A stretch of DNA of 63,795 nucleotides, the filler included, from Dirinaria sp. TL-2023a (taxonomy: Eukaryota): assembly GCA_051941275.1 (NCBI GenBank). It is 24 parts of 24 records of this genome, joined end to end, with 100 filler letters (N's around TTAATTAATTAA, not from the genome) between each part and the next. Parts side by side here need not be neighbours in the genome. Positions count along the whole stretch, not along the records: positions 61,277 to 63,795 come from JAVEBF010002269.1; 23 more parts are not named here. One strand, given 5' to 3'. The notes beneath the pieces are model-generated. The model made no database searches. It was not told where the DNA came from and saw nothing but the letters and a program-made list of their open reading frames with translations. This document shows, piece after piece, positions 62,622 to 63,795 of the stretch (its first letter is position 1; the number at the start of each line of letters is the position of its first letter). The translations under genes and the position numbers were made by a program.

Positions 62622-63795
62622 TCATAGTATCCGCGCCGTCGGCGCCTTTTGTACTGATATATCTGTCTCTAGCTTCCGGCTACGTTTTTCTTTGCCCGCG
62701 CTGGCTTTCTCTTTTACAGCACGCTTTGCCTGTGCCTCCTCAATATCCTCATAGCTCATCACCTTCGCCCTCCCGACGACTACTGACTTGAATGACCTGC
62801 GAACTTTGACTTCGTTATTCGTTTTAAACAGGAATCGAGTTTGATCTCGAAGTAGAGCACGTTCAGCAAAGAATATGTGAGCGGCGTTGACAAGCTTCTG
62901 TATATGCCTCTGTATGCGCTGTTTGCTCGTCTCATCAAGCGCATGAGTACATTGTGTGATCAGACTGTGGAGCGACGTAAGAGCATCTGATGTCGCTGAA
63001 GTCGCTGACGTCATTGAGATCTGAAATACTCCGTCTTGTGAAAATGAACCCACCTTCAATTCATAGGTTTTGAGACTGATCAGTGAGATCGATTTCGAGA
63101 TGTTGCTGAGCACTCTATTTGAGTTGAACGAAAACAACCCGCTTGCAGCCCACGATATCTACACCTCCTCGATACAGTTGTTCAATCTTGTCGCGATAGG
63201 CTGCCTTGAGTGAGCCGAACACTTCAATGTTATAGAGCTGAAGCTTATGAAAGGCGTGAGAGGATAGACTACATAGGATGATGTTGTTTTCGAAAAAGTA
63301 TTCTAAGATTTCGAGGGTCTCGTGTGTCTCGAAATCGTCGCAGATTAGTACACGTGGATTTCGATTAGTCAGTGCTTTGGTTTGAGAATCAAATACTCGT
63401 TTAATTTATTTTAAGCTGATCTTAAGAGTCCTTGTATCCAGTTTCGAAGTGCGCGTAGTGCCATTCAAGAGTGGTATACGTGATTCAGTTGGCTCGATGG
63501 GTTCTGACTGACCAGATTATCATAGATGACAAATACCTACTGTCTGCAGATACACACTCGATCGCAGTGACCATTGTTCGCTTGACACCCGCGCTTCTAT
63601 AGTCTCGCGAGTCGTTCTTATCTGTAAGTACCTTAACAGAGCCGAGCATGCTTAACATGACTTCCGTCTCGTTCATGTTGTAGACATTCTCCGGCAGAAT
63701 GCCTCGGTCTTGTAATATTTTTCTCATCACCTCGAGCCAGTGCGTAATCCTGTCGTAGATATTGTTTCGTGCCGACCCTAGTCTATCCCCTTTAC
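62622..63795 (-). mobile_element. Tc1/mariner pogo-Fot1 DDE transposase pseudogene
   Basis: ENVYNMNET, VTAIECVSAD, RVLICDDFETH, LSSHAFHKLQ.....F..LK.AY and the C-terminal AKVMSYEDIEEAQAKR, with stops and frameshifts. Confidence 0.9.

Overview
This is eukaryotic DNA from a filamentous ascomycete (Pezizomycotina), judged from short GT-AG introns with CTRAC branch points and the fungal gene set. It is not one locus. It is 24 unrelated ~2.5-2.6 kb contigs sorted by decreasing length (2613, 2609, 2608 ... 2520, 2519 bp) and joined by artificial 100-bp spacers (N44-TTAATTAATTAA-N44), so adjacency across a spacer means nothing and many genes are truncated. Recognisable genes are an alpha/beta hydrolase, HPC2, an MBOAT acyltransferase, a C2H2-ZnF/DEDDh exonuclease, coatomer zeta, a head-to-head POL32/RAD18 pair, an atypical kinase, a LOG-family protein, NLR-type fragments, GPI11, a PGC1-like GDPD, uL10m, TRP4, an arsenite methyltransferase, acetoacetyl-CoA synthetase, the complex I 49-kDa subunit, a COL-26/AmyR-like Zn2Cys6 factor and a GH71 mutanase. 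Several contigs are transposon relics (Ty3/gypsy pol, a pogo/Fot1 transposase, several short LTR families). The most notable signals are: (1) RIP-like repeat hypermutation with a non-canonical CpC->TpC context, with CC/GG almost erased but CA/TG and CG kept; (2) a 458-bp TRIM-like mini-retroelement with a Tf1-style self-priming site; (3) a recurrent two-family composite LTR; (4) a 65-bp-arm fold-back; (5) a 230-bp MCB-containing bidirectional promoter shared by POL32 and RAD18. All family assignments come from motif recognition by eye, not from database searches.
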